The translations under genes and the position numbers were made by a program. From the human T2T-CHM13v2.0 reference genome, Homo sapiens, in NCBI RefSeq assembly GCF_009914755.1, contig NC_060947.1: a stretch of 64,000 bases of DNA; one strand, given 5' to 3'. Shown piece by piece: positions 46,680 to 60,740 of this stretch. Positions within the stretch are counted from its first letter, which is position 1, and each line of letters begins with the position of its first letter. The notes under the pieces are model-generated. The model was not told the origin of the DNA and ran no database searches. It was given only the letters and a program-made list of their open reading frames with translations.

Positions 46680-48250
46680 AGAACCTTCAGTGATGCCAAC
46701 CATATTTCAAGTAGTGTCTCAGATGCAGAATATGCAAAGAGTAAGGAAAAATAGTCTTTGCTCTCAAAGACATCATAGTCTAATGAAGGCAGACACATCA
46801 AAAAAGCACAACAAAAGGCTATAGGTGCTGAATTAAGAGTCTATTCACGTATAAGAGTACAACAACCAGAGCAAGAGTCAGTGGTATAGACAGGGAAGGA
46901 GTGTCCCAAGATGCAGGAAGAAACCAGATGAGCTGTCTTCTTGGGAACACAGAAGTGCTCACCTGTACTTGACAATTCCACTGATCACTGGGTTCACATC
47001 AATGTTTCTTTCAGCACAATACTGAACATCTTTGCTGTTCATCTGGAAAAACAAACCAACACACAATTAGCAGGCTTATGTTAATAATTCCTCCAACTGA
47101 CAAATGTACCAAGAGCTTATTATGTACATCAATCACTTTGCATCAAGCACTTCACTTCCACAGAATTATCTAATGCAGATGCAATCAATGAGTCTGGATC
47201 AGCAACTGAGGGGTTATAAGCCAATGTATACCATGATGTAAAAAAGTCAGGAAAGCAGCGATATCAGAAGTTTTGTAAAAGAGGAGTGACCATTTAAGAC
47301 ATAAAATATCCTAAATTCCATGTTACAGACTCTAGACTCATGGAAATAATTCAGGCTGATTCCCACCCACGAAAGAGTTTTCAGTCCAGTGACCACATGG
47401 CCAAGAAAACAGATTAAGTACAATAAACTCTGCGAACCATGACACAGAAGAGGGTTTCTTAACCCAGGTGGTCAGGAAAGGCTTCTCATTGGAGATGTTT
47501 GTAAAGTGTCTATTTTTACTATCTCCAACAACAGATTTTTTTTTTAAACTGAGCGTCAGATAGTTAGATAACTTGGCTTAAGTTTCAGTGAGGAAGAACT
47601 GGAACTAGATCTGTCTGACTTCAAACCCCCAATGTAGTTTCTATCACATCATGCGCTCACTCTTTTTTTTTTTTTTTGAGACGTAGTCTCACTCTGTCGC
47701 CCAGGCTGGAGTGATCTTGGCTCACTGCAACCTCTGCCTCCTGGTTTCACGAGATTGTCCTGCTTCAACCTCCCAAATAGAAGGTATTACAGGCACGTGC
47801 CACCATGCCTGGCTGATTTTTGTAGTTTTACTTCATTAATAATTAGAAGTAGAGTTGGGGTTTCGCCATATTGGCCAGGCTGGTCTCCAACTCCTGACCT
47901 CAAGTGATCTGCCCACCTCGACCTCCCAAAGTACTGGGATTACAGGTGTGAGCCACCATGCCCAGCCCATGCTCTCTTATTCTTATAAAAGTGTTATGTT
48001 TTAGCACAGTCAGCATAGTAACTTCCACTTCTTATAGTGCTGTTTGCCCAAACATATTTAAAATCTGCTAAATACCATTAGTATTAATAGCTATCTTATC
48101 AAGAGACCACTACCAGGAAAATATTGTTTAAAGTCTTTCAGAGAGTACCTGGTGGCTCCCCCACAAGGGAATTCTAGAGGTGAAAGCTCTGCCAGGCAAA
48201 TACACATTTTCTAACTGTAAACAAATTGGCATTCTTATACTAACCTTCTG
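46680..48250. repeat. Ancient diverged direct duplication, copy 2 (paralogous to ~21130-22800)
   Basis: Same collinear blocks as copy 1; spans the NUDT11 last-exon acceptor. Confidence 0.75.
47662..47967 (-). mobile_element. AluS with a small insertion in the linker
   Basis: Alu body; extra cttcattaataattagaa in the mid A-rich region; flanks atgc(g/t)ctc. Confidence 0.92.
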
Positions 48251-49413
48251 AAATGAAATCACAGAAAGAATTTAAAACCTTTACATCAATTGTTGCAAAT
48301 GAATCTATGCAAATAAAGCAACAAAATTATTTTCGAGTTTCTTCCCTTTAGTTTGTTTCTTTAAAGTGTAGTCAACAGATTTTGTATCTAAACACACACA
48401 TACTTCTTGAGAAAAACTGTATATATTATAGACACAGCACCAATTGTTTCCAGTATATGCATCTATATTAATGTTTCCTCTTTATATATTCACAAGAATA
48501 AAACACTTGACCAGCTGAAAATGTAAGCTATTTATAAAACATGCAGAAAATAAATCTGATTCATGTCTGCAAACCTCAATTGTCTGTGTACTCTTTTTCC
48601 TTTCTTTATCAAGACAGGGCTGTAAAATTTAGGTGTACATTTTTCTGCTATCACAAAAGAAATAATGTACAAGTGAACTCTACTACTCTTAGAAGGAAAA
48701 AAATCTCAACTATACATCAAATTTTGGAGCACTGAAGTGGCAGAAATTTTCTATATACTACCTCTGTTCTAAAGAAATGTGGTGCCACTGTTCCGAAAAC
48801 AAATCTTATAACACATTTAAGTATAGGTAAACAAAGTACAAATCTCAGTTTTTCAAAACATTTTCTGTACTAATGCTTTTAACTTGAAACTCTTGACTTA
48901 GTTTTGAAGAGAAAAAAAGAATCTCCTTGGCGCTCTTAACTATTCTGATGAGACTAAGTTCCAGAGAATATTTTACAAAAACTACTTAATTTAACAGTAC
49001 GCCTTGAAAAGTAACACTACATATTCTAAGTGTTTCTGGAAAAAAAAAAAGAAAAGGAAAAACCACGACATATTTATAAGCTAACAATTCTTAAGAGAGG
49101 GTTACTATGAATGCTGTACATTAATTTTTACTTTGTCAGATACATAACTTAAGAACCAAATAAGATGATGCATAATTACTTCTAATGATAGAAAGTACGA
49201 GTTAAGTCTCCAAAGTAATCGTGACAGTGTTTCATGTGGAACACATTTCATCTACAAAAATATCCATAAAATACAATCTAGTATACCTCCTAGGTCAATA
49301 TTAATGTAGAAACAAGAACCTTCTGTAATAATTAGGTTATTGAGGAAAATCTTAAGATCCATTTTAGACTGAATAATTAAGTCAAATTGTTTGGAATTTA
49401 AAATATGTGCTTC

Positions 49414-49514
49414 ATGATGATGAAATAATCTGTACAACAAATAACCATGACATAAGTTTACCTGCGGAACAAATCTGCACTTGTACCCCTGGAATTAAAA
49501 GTTACAAAATATTT
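49414..49514 (+). mobile_element. ~100-bp extremely 5'-truncated L1PA/PB 3' end
   Basis: gatgaaataatctgtacaacaaa...aagtttacct...tgcacttgtacccct; TSD tttaaaatatgtg(c/g)ttca on both sides. Confidence 0.8.
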
Positions 49515-51159
49515 TTTAAAATATGTGGTTCAAATATATATATTCAACATGTATCACTTTGTTAAGAGAAAAATAGAAAAATACTCCGTATTTGATCAGA
49601 CCATGTAATTCAGATAATAAAACTGTTGTAAGTTTTAAAAAGCCACAATTTCTAGTTTACTCTTTCCTTTGATAGCATTAGTGCAGAAAATATTTTGAGA
49701 AACAGATTTGTACTTTGTTTACCTATACTTAAATGTGTTGTTGTAATATTTCTTTTCAAAACAGTGGCACCATATTTCTTTAGAAAGTGCAACGGCACTC
49801 ACTGTTTAGCAGCATAAAAAATATTATTTGTGAAATTACAATGTACTCCAAATAGAGAAAAATATTTCAGTGTTTTGAAGGGTAAAATACAAAAAGCACA
49901 CAAGGGGGCAGCAAAAAAAAAAAACAGCAGAGACGGTTTCAAAAGGAACTTTTCTATGGTATTAAAAGACAGGAGAGCAAAATAATGAGTAGGAGGTTTT
50001 TGGATTACAGGCAACGTTAAGTTCTTGATGTAGATGCTGGTCACCTGCACCTAGAATAGGGTGTCCTGTGAGACAAAACAATTATTCTCTATCGTTAAGA
50101 GAGATTGTTCAGGAATCCTAATAGTTTGACAATTCTGTACCAGCTGAACATCACTAGAGCTAACTCAGTTGGGATGTAATCACCATAAAAGATTCCATTC
50201 CTGTGGTTACTGGGAGTCAGGGAGGTTTAAGCGGAATGTCACTACATTCAAATATGGGAGGGAGACCACTTTCAAAAACGAACTTAAATCCAGAGAACCA
50301 TGGTTCTTCTATGGTATCCAGTAAGGGGCAATGGGAGTTGGAAGTTGAGTATGGGAAATCAAATTCTGTGAATACGGTTTTTCTGATAAGATGTGTTTGG
50401 CTAGCAGATCCTCCGCAGCATCTATTCAATAAGGTTAATCTACATGGGAAATAGCCATTTGAAGTCAGCAGTGAAAAATTACCACTTGTGAAAATTTTTT
50501 GAAAACCAAATGATCTACATATAGAAACAGAAAAAGAAATTTCTGAAAGGGGCAAATGAGATCCCATTTCAGAAGCTAAAGTGACTGTAGAGTGCAGAAA
50601 GAGCACAACATGTAGGATTTCCCAATTTTTAAAAAAATTCAAAACTGATCTTTTAAACCAACTCCCACCACAGAAGGCCTCCCTGACAACAAGGGCGAAC
50701 GCTGTGAAGGAGAAAACTAAAGGGGAAAAAGAATACTAAAAGATGCCACACAACCAAGCTGGTCAGACTTTAAAGGCCTCCACTACCAAACAAACCACAA
50801 GGCTGGTATCAAAAATGCGCACGCACGCTCACCCACGAATATGTGTGAAATATAAAAGAACCAAAAACATCACAGGGCGCACAGGCAGACACACACTCCA
50901 CACACAATCCCCACCCACCCCTCGCCCCCCACACACACCTCCCAAAAGCAGGGTGAACAGTTAAGGCACCTAAAACCCCAAGCCGCATAGGCTTCCCCGA
51001 AACATTTTACAGTGTAACCAAGAAGCGATTTTGAAAGCATCTGAAAAACGTGCAAACTGTCTTGAAAACAGGGCCTGGCAACTGAGACAGTTTGCAAGCG
51101 TGATTCAGAGGGTCTGCCAAGGAAACAAAAGAAGCCTCCCTCCTCCCCGTGAGACCGCA

Positions 51160-52450
51160 CATGGCACGAGAGGTGCTCCAGGCGGGACGCATTTTAAGCG
51201 AGGCAGACAAATAGAAGTCTGCGCGAGCGCAAGCGGTACATACTAGGGATCGCTATCTGGCGAGGATGGGGCCATGGAGTTTCCATTGGTTGGGGAACCG
51301 CCCAGCTTTAGTTTCTCCAGATATTCGGCGTGCACGGGCTTGTGGCACTGGAGAACCTTGATGGCATCTTCGACTTTGAACCACTCTCGCTTCCTCCCAA
51401 TGCTAACCGAATCTTCCCAATCCTCCAGCAGCTCCGTGACAGTCAGTACATACACGTACGTTCTGTGCTTGCGATCCTGGTTCTGTTCGAAGACGCCCAG
51501 GAGCCGGCCTAACTTCCCCTTGACTCCCGCTTCTTCGTACACCTCTCGGACCGCCGCACCGCCCGGCTCCTCCTCGGGCTCCATGCCCCCGCCCGGCACG
51601 ATCCAGCGGTCCGGGTACCGGCTGCTACTCACTAACAGGACCTCGTCCTCGCGTTCGCTCCGGAAGCACAGGCACGCCGCCCGCTTCTTGAACCCCTCGG
51701 GGTCGTAGGTCCGCGTCTGGTTGGGTTTGCACTTCATCCTCGAGGCAGCCTCCTCTCGCCTCTCGCTGCTGTGTGGGCCGCCGCTGCCGCTGCCGCCGCC
51801 GGGGAACAGCCGAGGTGCTGGGAAGAGAAAGGGCCGAGGCGAGGGGCGGGGAAAGAGAGGCGCCTCCGTCTGCCCGCGAGCCCGGGGAGCGGAGGGAGAG
51901 ATGAAGCTGGGCGGGGCGCAGGCGGAGGCGGGGGCAGCGAGGCGCGTCAGCCAGTCGGCCAGTCCGATGGGCGGCCGGCCGAACCCGGGCCCGCCGGAGT
52001 GGAGGAGGTGCCGCCGCCCGCGAGCCCGCGACTGTCCACAGACCCCACTCGCTTGTCGGGGGCGCGTCTCCCTCCCTCCGCCGCCGGGTAGGGTTTGAGC
52101 GAGGTGAGGCGCATTAACGGACGCGTCCGCGCTCCCGTTCACGTGCGCGTTCGCGGCGGAGGGCGAGGGGCGGGGGCGGGGGTCTCCTGGCTCCCGCAGC
52201 GCGCGACGCCTCGGGCCCACTGCGCAGGCGCCCCGCACCCCTGGGGGCCGAGAACGTCGTTCGCGCACTGTGAAATACACCGCATTGTGACTTTGGCCGA
52301 CTGCCTCCACGTGTGCCTTTGACCCAAACGCGACTGTAGCGCGGCAGGACGTTTCTCCTCTCCCTCCCCACCGCGCTGCACGAAACCCACACGCAGCCGT
52401 TTTACACACGACAGAGGCAAGGGCATCGTCGTCATCATCCTCCCCCACGA
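51160..52450. promoter_or_regulatory. NUDT11: CpG island / NUDT11 promoter
   Basis: Dense CpG and high GC over exon 1 and upstream. GC boxes (~52167-52181), NRF1-like tgcgcaggcgc 52221-52231, E-boxes cacgtg 52140-52145 and 52308-52313; AP-1 tgagtca just outside at 52541-52547. Confidence 0.9.
51243..51737 (-). CDS. NUDT11: Diphosphoinositol polyphosphate phosphohydrolase 3-beta (Nudix hydrolase 11), 164 aa
   Basis: MKCKPNQTRTYDPEGFKKRAACLCF...; Nudix box GGMEPEEEPGGAAVREVYEEAGV; ends PDSDP. Arg89 (QNQDRKHR) separates NUDT11 from NUDT10 (Pro89), by recall. CDS uninterrupted apart from the stop codon. Confidence 0.95.
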   Translation of the reverse strand: MKCKPNQTRTYDPEGFKKRAACLCFRSEREDEVLLVSSSRYPDRWIVPGGGMEPEEEPGGAAVREVYEEAGVKGKLGRLLGVFEQNQDRKHRTYVYVLTVTELLEDWEDSVSIGRKREWFKVEDAIKVLQCHKPVHAEYLEKLKLGGSPTNGNSMAPSSPDSDP

Positions 52451-52894
52451 TGAACCATTCTGGCTTACTCATGGGACCTGGGCCCCGGTGTTGTCAAAAC
52501 GACCCACGGGATTCTTGGCAGAATAGCCGCGCATCCTTGCTGAGTCACATGATGCAGTTTTATTTCTTCAACAGGTTCCCACCTTGCCGAGCATCCTGGC
52601 GCAGCTAGTAATTTAACGCTTTTCTTAAACCCCTGTTCACAACCTGCCTGACCCCTTTGTGTCTCAGTTTCCTCATGGGTACACTTCTCGCCTCCTTGTT
52701 GCAGCCATTTGCACTTCGATGCAGTACACCTTAAAGACCAGAGCACCACCCATCTAGTATTCCTGCGTTAAAGCCCAAGACATTCTCTCATTCTCCACAC
52801 ACTCCACCCTTGTCTTTCTCTTTGATAAGCACCACTTGGGGGTTGGGAAACCATTCACGTGGAGATCCCCTCCTATTCCACACTTTGATTTTTA

Positions 52895-54072
<1,178 letters not shown>

Positions 54073-54734
54073 ACACTTTGATTTTTAAAAGACTCCCGCC
54101 GTGAGACTCCCGCAAGGTCACTTGCTGCTCTCTCACCTCTCTCTCTGGTCCTCCTGTCCTCTTGGCCAGGAAATGGCATCCCATCGCCAAAAATTTAACA
54201 ACCTGGAGCCTTCTTTCTTCTTATTTATTCTTGGTGTTTCCTCATCTCATAGTAGCCGTAGAGAGAAGAACCCTGAGGTCCCCTGATTTTGGTTGCACCT
54301 TTGTCTCTCTCTTACTGGCACTCTGTTGGCATCAGCCAAGGGGGGATCATGAAAGCCTCCTTCGTTTGTTGATGAAATATTTCCTTTATCTAGGGGAAAT
54401 GGACTCATATGGAAATGGAGAGTAGTCGTGAGACATACAGTCCAATTTTCAAATAACAGTTTAGTTCACTTTCCCAGGATCTGCTCAACTCCACTTATAC
54501 CCAGAATCACAAATAAAAATGATCCTGTTCCCAAGCACAAGCAATATCTGCACTAACCTAGACCGTAATATGACAAAACGCTGCGGGTCATATATTAACA
54601 AAATTATAAAATACAGACATAAAAAGAGTGACCTCGATAGAGACACTACCGCTCCTGACCATATTTTAAAGATGGATGGACAATGGAAGAGCATTTGAAG
54701 GAATTCAACACTTGGGATTAAAAACAAACTAAGA

Positions 54735-55055
<321 letters not shown>

Positions 55056-55119
55056 TTAACAGGCAATATTTCTCAGGGTTCTCAAATTCACAAACACACA
55101 AATGATGTTAAACAACTAG

Positions 55120-55560
55120 GGAAAACTGCATTACAATCAGGAGCAAGACAAGTCTGCCTACTATCAAAAATGTTATTAAGTATTGTCTTACAATTTCTTT
55201 CTAGTGGAATGAGTTGTAAAGAGAAAAAAATCTGATATATGTTGGTAAAAACACAAAGTTGTCATTATTTGTAGATGATGTGGATATCTTCTTGGGAAAC
55301 AGCTAAGAAAAAATGTAAAAATAAATCCCTGTAAATAAAAAAATAAAATATTATGATTTAAAATATCAGAAGCTTTCATGCATACCAGCAATAATCATGT
55401 AGGAATTTAAATGGGAAATGATGACATCCAACTTGGCACTATCAACCACCACAAAACAAATAAAATACCAAGGGATCCTAAAAAATATTTAGGACTTGGT
55501 AGTACAAAATGTTTGAACTTCTCAGAGCTTTGAAACATGATTTGAATAAATCACGAGTCA
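55120..55560 (+). mobile_element. Old L1M ORF2 fragment
   Basis: caggagcaagacaag...tcattatttgtagatgat (LFADD-like motif). Confidence 0.65.
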
Positions 55561-55922
55561 CTCTAGCAAAGCTAGCAGACTGGTGTGGTGTCTGGGGGTG
55601 GGAGGGGCCAATCCAGGCTCCGGCCACAGGGCAGGGCTGCTTCACAATTGCCAGGTACTATCTCCTTTGTCTCACAAGAATGAGGTGCCATTTTCTAGTC
55701 TATTCCATCAGTATCAGTTCTACATCACACCGTGCCTCTGCAATAGGTCCCTTCTGGGGGCATACTTGTGGCAGGGAAGAGGAATAGGACATTATAACAT
55801 GGAAAGAGGCACAGACCGAAACCCTACTGGGAAAGTCTGGATATGGAGACCCACAACTTAAAACAGGCTTAATACAATAGCAAGGCAATGTTTTAATTAC
55901 CTTTTCCCCAAACTTTCACAGC

Positions 55923-56319
55923 TGACATAGTTTGGATACTTGTCCTCGCCCAAATCTCATGTTAAATTGTAATCCCCAATGGTGGAAGTGGGACCTGGTG
56001 GGAGATGTTTGGATCATGAGGGCGGATCCCTCATGGCTTGGTGCTGTCTGTGTGATAGTGAGTGCTCATAAGATCTGGTCACTTAAAAGTGCGTGGCATC
56101 TTCCCCTGTCTTGCTCATGCTTTCACCATGTGACGCACCTTCTCCCTCTCTGCCTTCTGCCACCATTGTAAGCTTCCTGAGGCCACTCCAGAAGCTGAGC
56201 AGCTGTTGGCACCATGCTTCCCGTAAAGCCTGCAGAACCATGAGCCAATTAAACCTCTTTTCTTTATAAATTACCCAGTCTCAGGTATTTCTTTATAACA
56301 ATGCAAGAACAGCCTAATA
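55923..56319 (+). mobile_element. MSTA-like MaLR solo LTR
   Basis: tgacatagtttggat...ccaaatctcatgttaaattgtaatcccc...attacccagtctcaggtatttctttata. Confidence 0.9.
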
Positions 56320-56476
56320 ACTTTATTATTCATCTATAATATTATAGTAATAGGTCAAGAAAAGCTAAGACTTGTAACAAGAGTAAAAATCCTTTTTAAG
56401 AGAACAGCATTCCACTGTCTGGTTTTGCATATTTAAGTATTTCTCCAATGATGAAGAGTGTAATTTAGGAATCACT

Positions 56477-56871
56477 GTAGTAGTAGACTGTTAAAGTGAA
56501 ACTGCAATTTGTTCGTGGAAGCCTATATCTCCTTCCACATTGTTGTTGTATCTGGTCTTGGCCATGTAATTTGTGGTGTCCAGTGGGACAATAACAAATG
56601 TGAACAGAAGCCAGCAGAGAATTGAAAAGTGCTTTCACACTGGGGTGTCCCCTCTCATTTTGCGCTTAAAACATTGTGACAGCAATGTGAAGAAGGTGGG
56701 GCTAGCTGGATGATGAGATACCTGTGGCAGATTCTTCCCTTTCACCCCAGCTGACAGTGAACCCATTGCCCAACATATGGGTGAGGCCATCCTAGACCAT
56801 TCGGCCCCTAGCAGAACTACTTAGGTCATAACAGGGCGCTAGCTGAAGATGCATAACTAAGCCTAGCCATG

Positions 56872-56905
<34 letters not shown>

Positions 56906-57019
56906 CCACTCAGATGAGATCAGCTGAAATTACTGACCTGAAGAATTGTTAACAGAATAATTTACTGTTGTGTAAAGCATAAAATTTGGGGGTGCTTTGT
57001 TATGCATTAAAAACTAGCA
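56477..57019 (+). mobile_element. MLT1 (F/G/H-like) LTR
   Basis: caatgtgaagaagg..gctagc; gtgaggccatcctagacc; tttgggggtgctttgttatgca. Confidence 0.7.
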
Positions 57020-57169
57020 GCTCCAACCATTGACACCATCCATCAAAATCAACCAAAAGCAATCAGAGAAAAAAAAGGTTGTTCGTTGTAGAAATGTAAC
57101 GTCTACTTAAAGATGCTGGCATTTCACTTTCTCTGGAGTCAGAAAGAAAGGGATGAGGTTAAGATATCT

Positions 57170-58850
57170 AACATGTGTTGAGTACAGTGCCTGTGACAGT
57201 CCCTGTGTTATTCCCTGCATCCTATTTAACTGTTATCCCATTAACTCTTAGGGAGGGAGGCAGTTCATATGTCCATTTTATAGATGAGAAAATGAGGATT
57301 TAGAGTGGAGTTTGTATTTGAGCTCAAGGCTTCGTGTCTCCATACCCTGCACACTCACAACATCAACATGTCTTATAAGAAGGATTATTATTATCCACAG
57401 CTATGGTTTGTTATGGACTTCATTGATAACATTCAGCATTGACCTATTGGGTAAGGTATTCAGTAGCTAAGAGTCACTGACTCCAGTGAAAGGTATCTTC
57501 CATCATGATGTTCTTCTTCTGGACAATAAGTGAAAAGAGCATGTGAGTACCTCTCTCACTCCCAGCAAATAATATTTGTGTCGCCTCCACATGTTACTTT
57601 ACGATTTGAAGCTTTGATTTCCCCTGCAAGATAAAATGCAATGAAGTGATACAGAAAAGAAGACATTCTATGCTGTCATCACACTAGGCCATGATGTTGA
57701 TTTATGGATGGTCTGCTTTCTTACATGCACTTAATATTTTTGTATAAACAAACCTGAAAGGTATCAAAATCCCCTTTAACAGATTAACAGGCTGAGATGG
57801 GTTAAAGTGAGCAAGCCGGGAAGTGGTGGAGCTGGGATCCACACCCTGGTCTGTCTTGAGTCCAAGGGTAATCGTCTTGCATTCACTATGGCATGTTTCC
57901 CTTACGTTAAGAGTTGCCGACATAGACAGTGCATGTCATTCCTTTTGGTGTGGCCTTCCTCCTTTCTAGCTTTTTTCTGCCTGGAAAATCCAGGCACGCA
58001 AGATAATGGAGCTTCCATGTAAATTTCCAGAATCCCTAGAATAAAAGCGGAGAGGATCTACCCTGAAACCAACAAGTCTAGGATACACATTTCTGCCTTT
58101 TTTTCAGAATTAGGAAGGGGCAAGCAGATGGGCAATTGACAGGAATAGTAGAAGCATCCTCAGGGAAGTTGGGTGCTTTACTTAGTGAGAAAGCCATGCC
58201 GGCTGACATTTCTAACTGAGTCTTAAGTGGAGTACAGTCCTAAGAGAGGAGCTCTCCAGAAACAGCTATTACCTGGGGTCAGGAATGTTAAAGACCTTCT
58301 CAGAGGTTGACTCTACTCACAGCTGGACCCAGCTATCAGGAAAGGGACTGCAACATACCTGAGAAGCTTTCAGAATACTTAAAGGATGCAGAGCCAGAGG
58401 AAGTGATTTTGGTAGTAGTCCATGAGAAAAAAATATGGTGTTTTAAAATGCAAATGAACTAAAATTTAAATCCTGCTCTCTCAGTAGCTATGCAGCCTTA
58501 GGCGAGTTAATATCTTTGACCTTAATATTTCTCAGGCGTAAAGGGGGATAATAGGACTACCTACTCAGAACCTCACCTCTCCCAAGAAAGGTTTCCTGAC
58601 CATGTGCTGGCCCAACCTTTACACTGGGATTAAGGTACTCCCCTCTGTTTTTCCAGGCTTCCTTGACTTTAATTCTGTCATAGCTCTAATTTAGGAGTTC
58701 TGTAATGATCTGTCTGCAAGCTCGTGAGGAACTGTAGGACTAGGAACCAGCCTGAAACATGTCTGTTCCCCTCTGAGTCAACACAGTGCCTGGGATCTGT
58801 TGTCCAATAGGGATTTAAAACATATTGATTGAATGAGAAATGATGACAGG
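57170..58850. mobile_element. Scattered MIR and L2 fragments
   Basis: MIR cores near 57270 (ccattttatagatgagaaaatgagg), 57790 and 58470-58560; L2 end near 58580-58840. Confidence 0.6.
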
Positions 58851-59379
58851 ATCTACATGGATCACAAAGGATAGTTGTTATTTTACCTGTTAACTATTTA
58901 ATAGTGATATTAAATGAAATATGAATGAACCTAGGACCAGGGAAGGTGGGGTAAGTTGTGTCTTTCACATCAACCTTCGTATGTTCCCTAATGTTTTCTT
59001 CCTTCATGTACCTAGGACACTCTTGTTTAAATACAAAGGTGGTTTTATTTTGGGTCTATACTAGCTAGTTCCCTAGAAAGGTCTTAAATACAAAATGAAT
59101 GGAATACAAAATAACCTCCCTTATTGTTTTGTTTGTTTCCTGGACAAATGACGGGATGCATACAGAACTGCTACTTTTATGATTTTGTGAGTAATGGTAT
59201 AGATGTGCACAGGTCATGGATGTGGCCCCAGTGATCCATGGAATTGTGAAGTCCAGGCGAGTCCTGCCTCTCTCGTAATGATGCAGCATGCCTTGATTTC
59301 TCCCACTTCTTTGCTCACTACCTGATCCTGTCTCACTGATGTCACCTTCCTTTTCCCTTTACCCTACCTTGCAGAGACT

Positions 59380-60000
59380 TCTAATTCAGAAACCAAACCC
59401 TTTCTAGTGGCCCTGTGTTTATGCATCAGAGTAAAATGTTAAATGCTTCCAAAACCTATGAGGCCCTACAACATCTGGCCCATTTCCTCTTTGACTTTGT
59501 CCCTACCAGTCCCCATGAGCCACACATCTCTAGCAGACCTGGACTCTGCAGCTTCTGGGTTGTGTCAGGCAGGCTCCTTCCCTCCTCAGGGCCTTTGCTC
59601 TAGCCATTCCCTCTGTTTGGAATGCTCCTCTGCCATGTCTACAGAGATAACCTCCTCACCCACCTTGAGGCCTTGATCACTTCTCACCTTCTGGATGAGG
59701 CCTACCAAGGCCACCTTATGATAGATTGTTAAACCCACTCTTCCTTGCCACCCTGTTGCTGATACTTCTGATCCCCTTTTCCTTGGCCGAAGTTTCCTTT
59801 CTGTTATAGCATTTTGCATCTAACAGACTATGTAATTACTTAGTGATGTTTATTGCGGTTCTCTCTCTTAGCCGATGATGGCTTCTGCTAGAGTATTAGC
59901 TCCTGATGGTAGGGATCTTTGTATCTTGCAAGCAGCCCAGATCTCTGCTGAGCATACACTGGAGTCACTCAGAAAATATCTATGGATGTAATGAATGTGT
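59380..60000 (+). mobile_element. L2 (L2a-like) 3' region
   Basis: cctcagggcctttgc...ttccctctgtttggaatgctc...cactcagaaaatatctatggatg. Confidence 0.75.
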
Positions 60001-60569
60001 TTGTGTCCTGTGCTAGATGGGAGACTTGTGAGGGAAAGGGCCATGTTTTGTTGGTCTTTGTGAACCCACCATCCACACTCTCTGATACAACCAAAAGGGC
60101 TATAGTGAATAGTGTTTGAATTAATTAATCTTTTGAAAATGACACTGATAGGGAAAACATTCTCTTTGCAATCTCCAGCTATTCCAGTAGCTGCCATTTG
60201 TTTCTGCACCATGTAGGTACCAGATGCCATAGAAACACAGCTGGGCAGCCGTGAGATACCTGAGGGCCAGAAGTCTGATTCATTTTCCATGGCCTCTTCA
60301 CAGGGTAGCACAGTTCCTACTACAGAGCATGACTTGAGGTGCTGTTTTCAGATCTCAGTCATTCATCACCTAAATGGTTTTGGTTTTATCTGGGCAGGAC
60401 TTGTACTATGATTTACATATTGTATTTTATTTTCATAAGACAGTGGCTTTCAGAAAGAAACATGATTATATAATTAAATGCTATGAAAGCAGAACGATGT
60501 TATGAAAAAGTTGAAAATAAAGTGGAAGCTATTGTTGTGTAGTAGGACACGTAACTATGGATGGGCTGC

Positions 60570-60740
60570 ACTAGGCACTGCATGTACCTTTTTCATTTAA
60601 CCCTAATAAAAGCCCTTCAAAGGCAATGTTGTCATTCCCATTTTCACAAGGGAGAAGATTGAGATTTAAGGCCTTATGTAACTTGGCCAGTATCTGACAG
60701 CTAGGAGGTATCTGAATGAGGTGGAATCTTCCAGGCTCAT
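60570..60740 (-). mobile_element. MIR
   Basis: cccattttcacaagggagaagattgaga...gtaacttggcca. Confidence 0.65.

Larger units (their letters stand above)
45304..47042 (-). other. NUDT11: NUDT11 terminal exon (last stop-codon base plus 3'UTR)
   Basis: Branch point ctaat, pyrimidine tract and acceptor ttggtttgtttttccag|ATGAACAGC at 47043/47042; the 3' end is approximate. Confidence 0.75.
47043..51243 (-). other. NUDT11: NUDT11 intron (4201 bp) splitting the stop codon
   Basis: Donor CCCTA|GTATGT at 51243; acceptor ttccag at 47043; the spliced product reads CCC TAA TGA. Confidence 0.75.

Noticed and set aside
51274-52438. Several overlapping antisense and alternative-frame ORFs in the CpG island
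   Set aside because: Expected by-products of high GC; no recognisable domains.
51243-52472. 409-aa ORF as the real gene product
   Set aside because: Only the last 164 aa are a Nudix protein. The upstream 245 codons are low-complexity CpG-island sequence, where stop-free frames are common.
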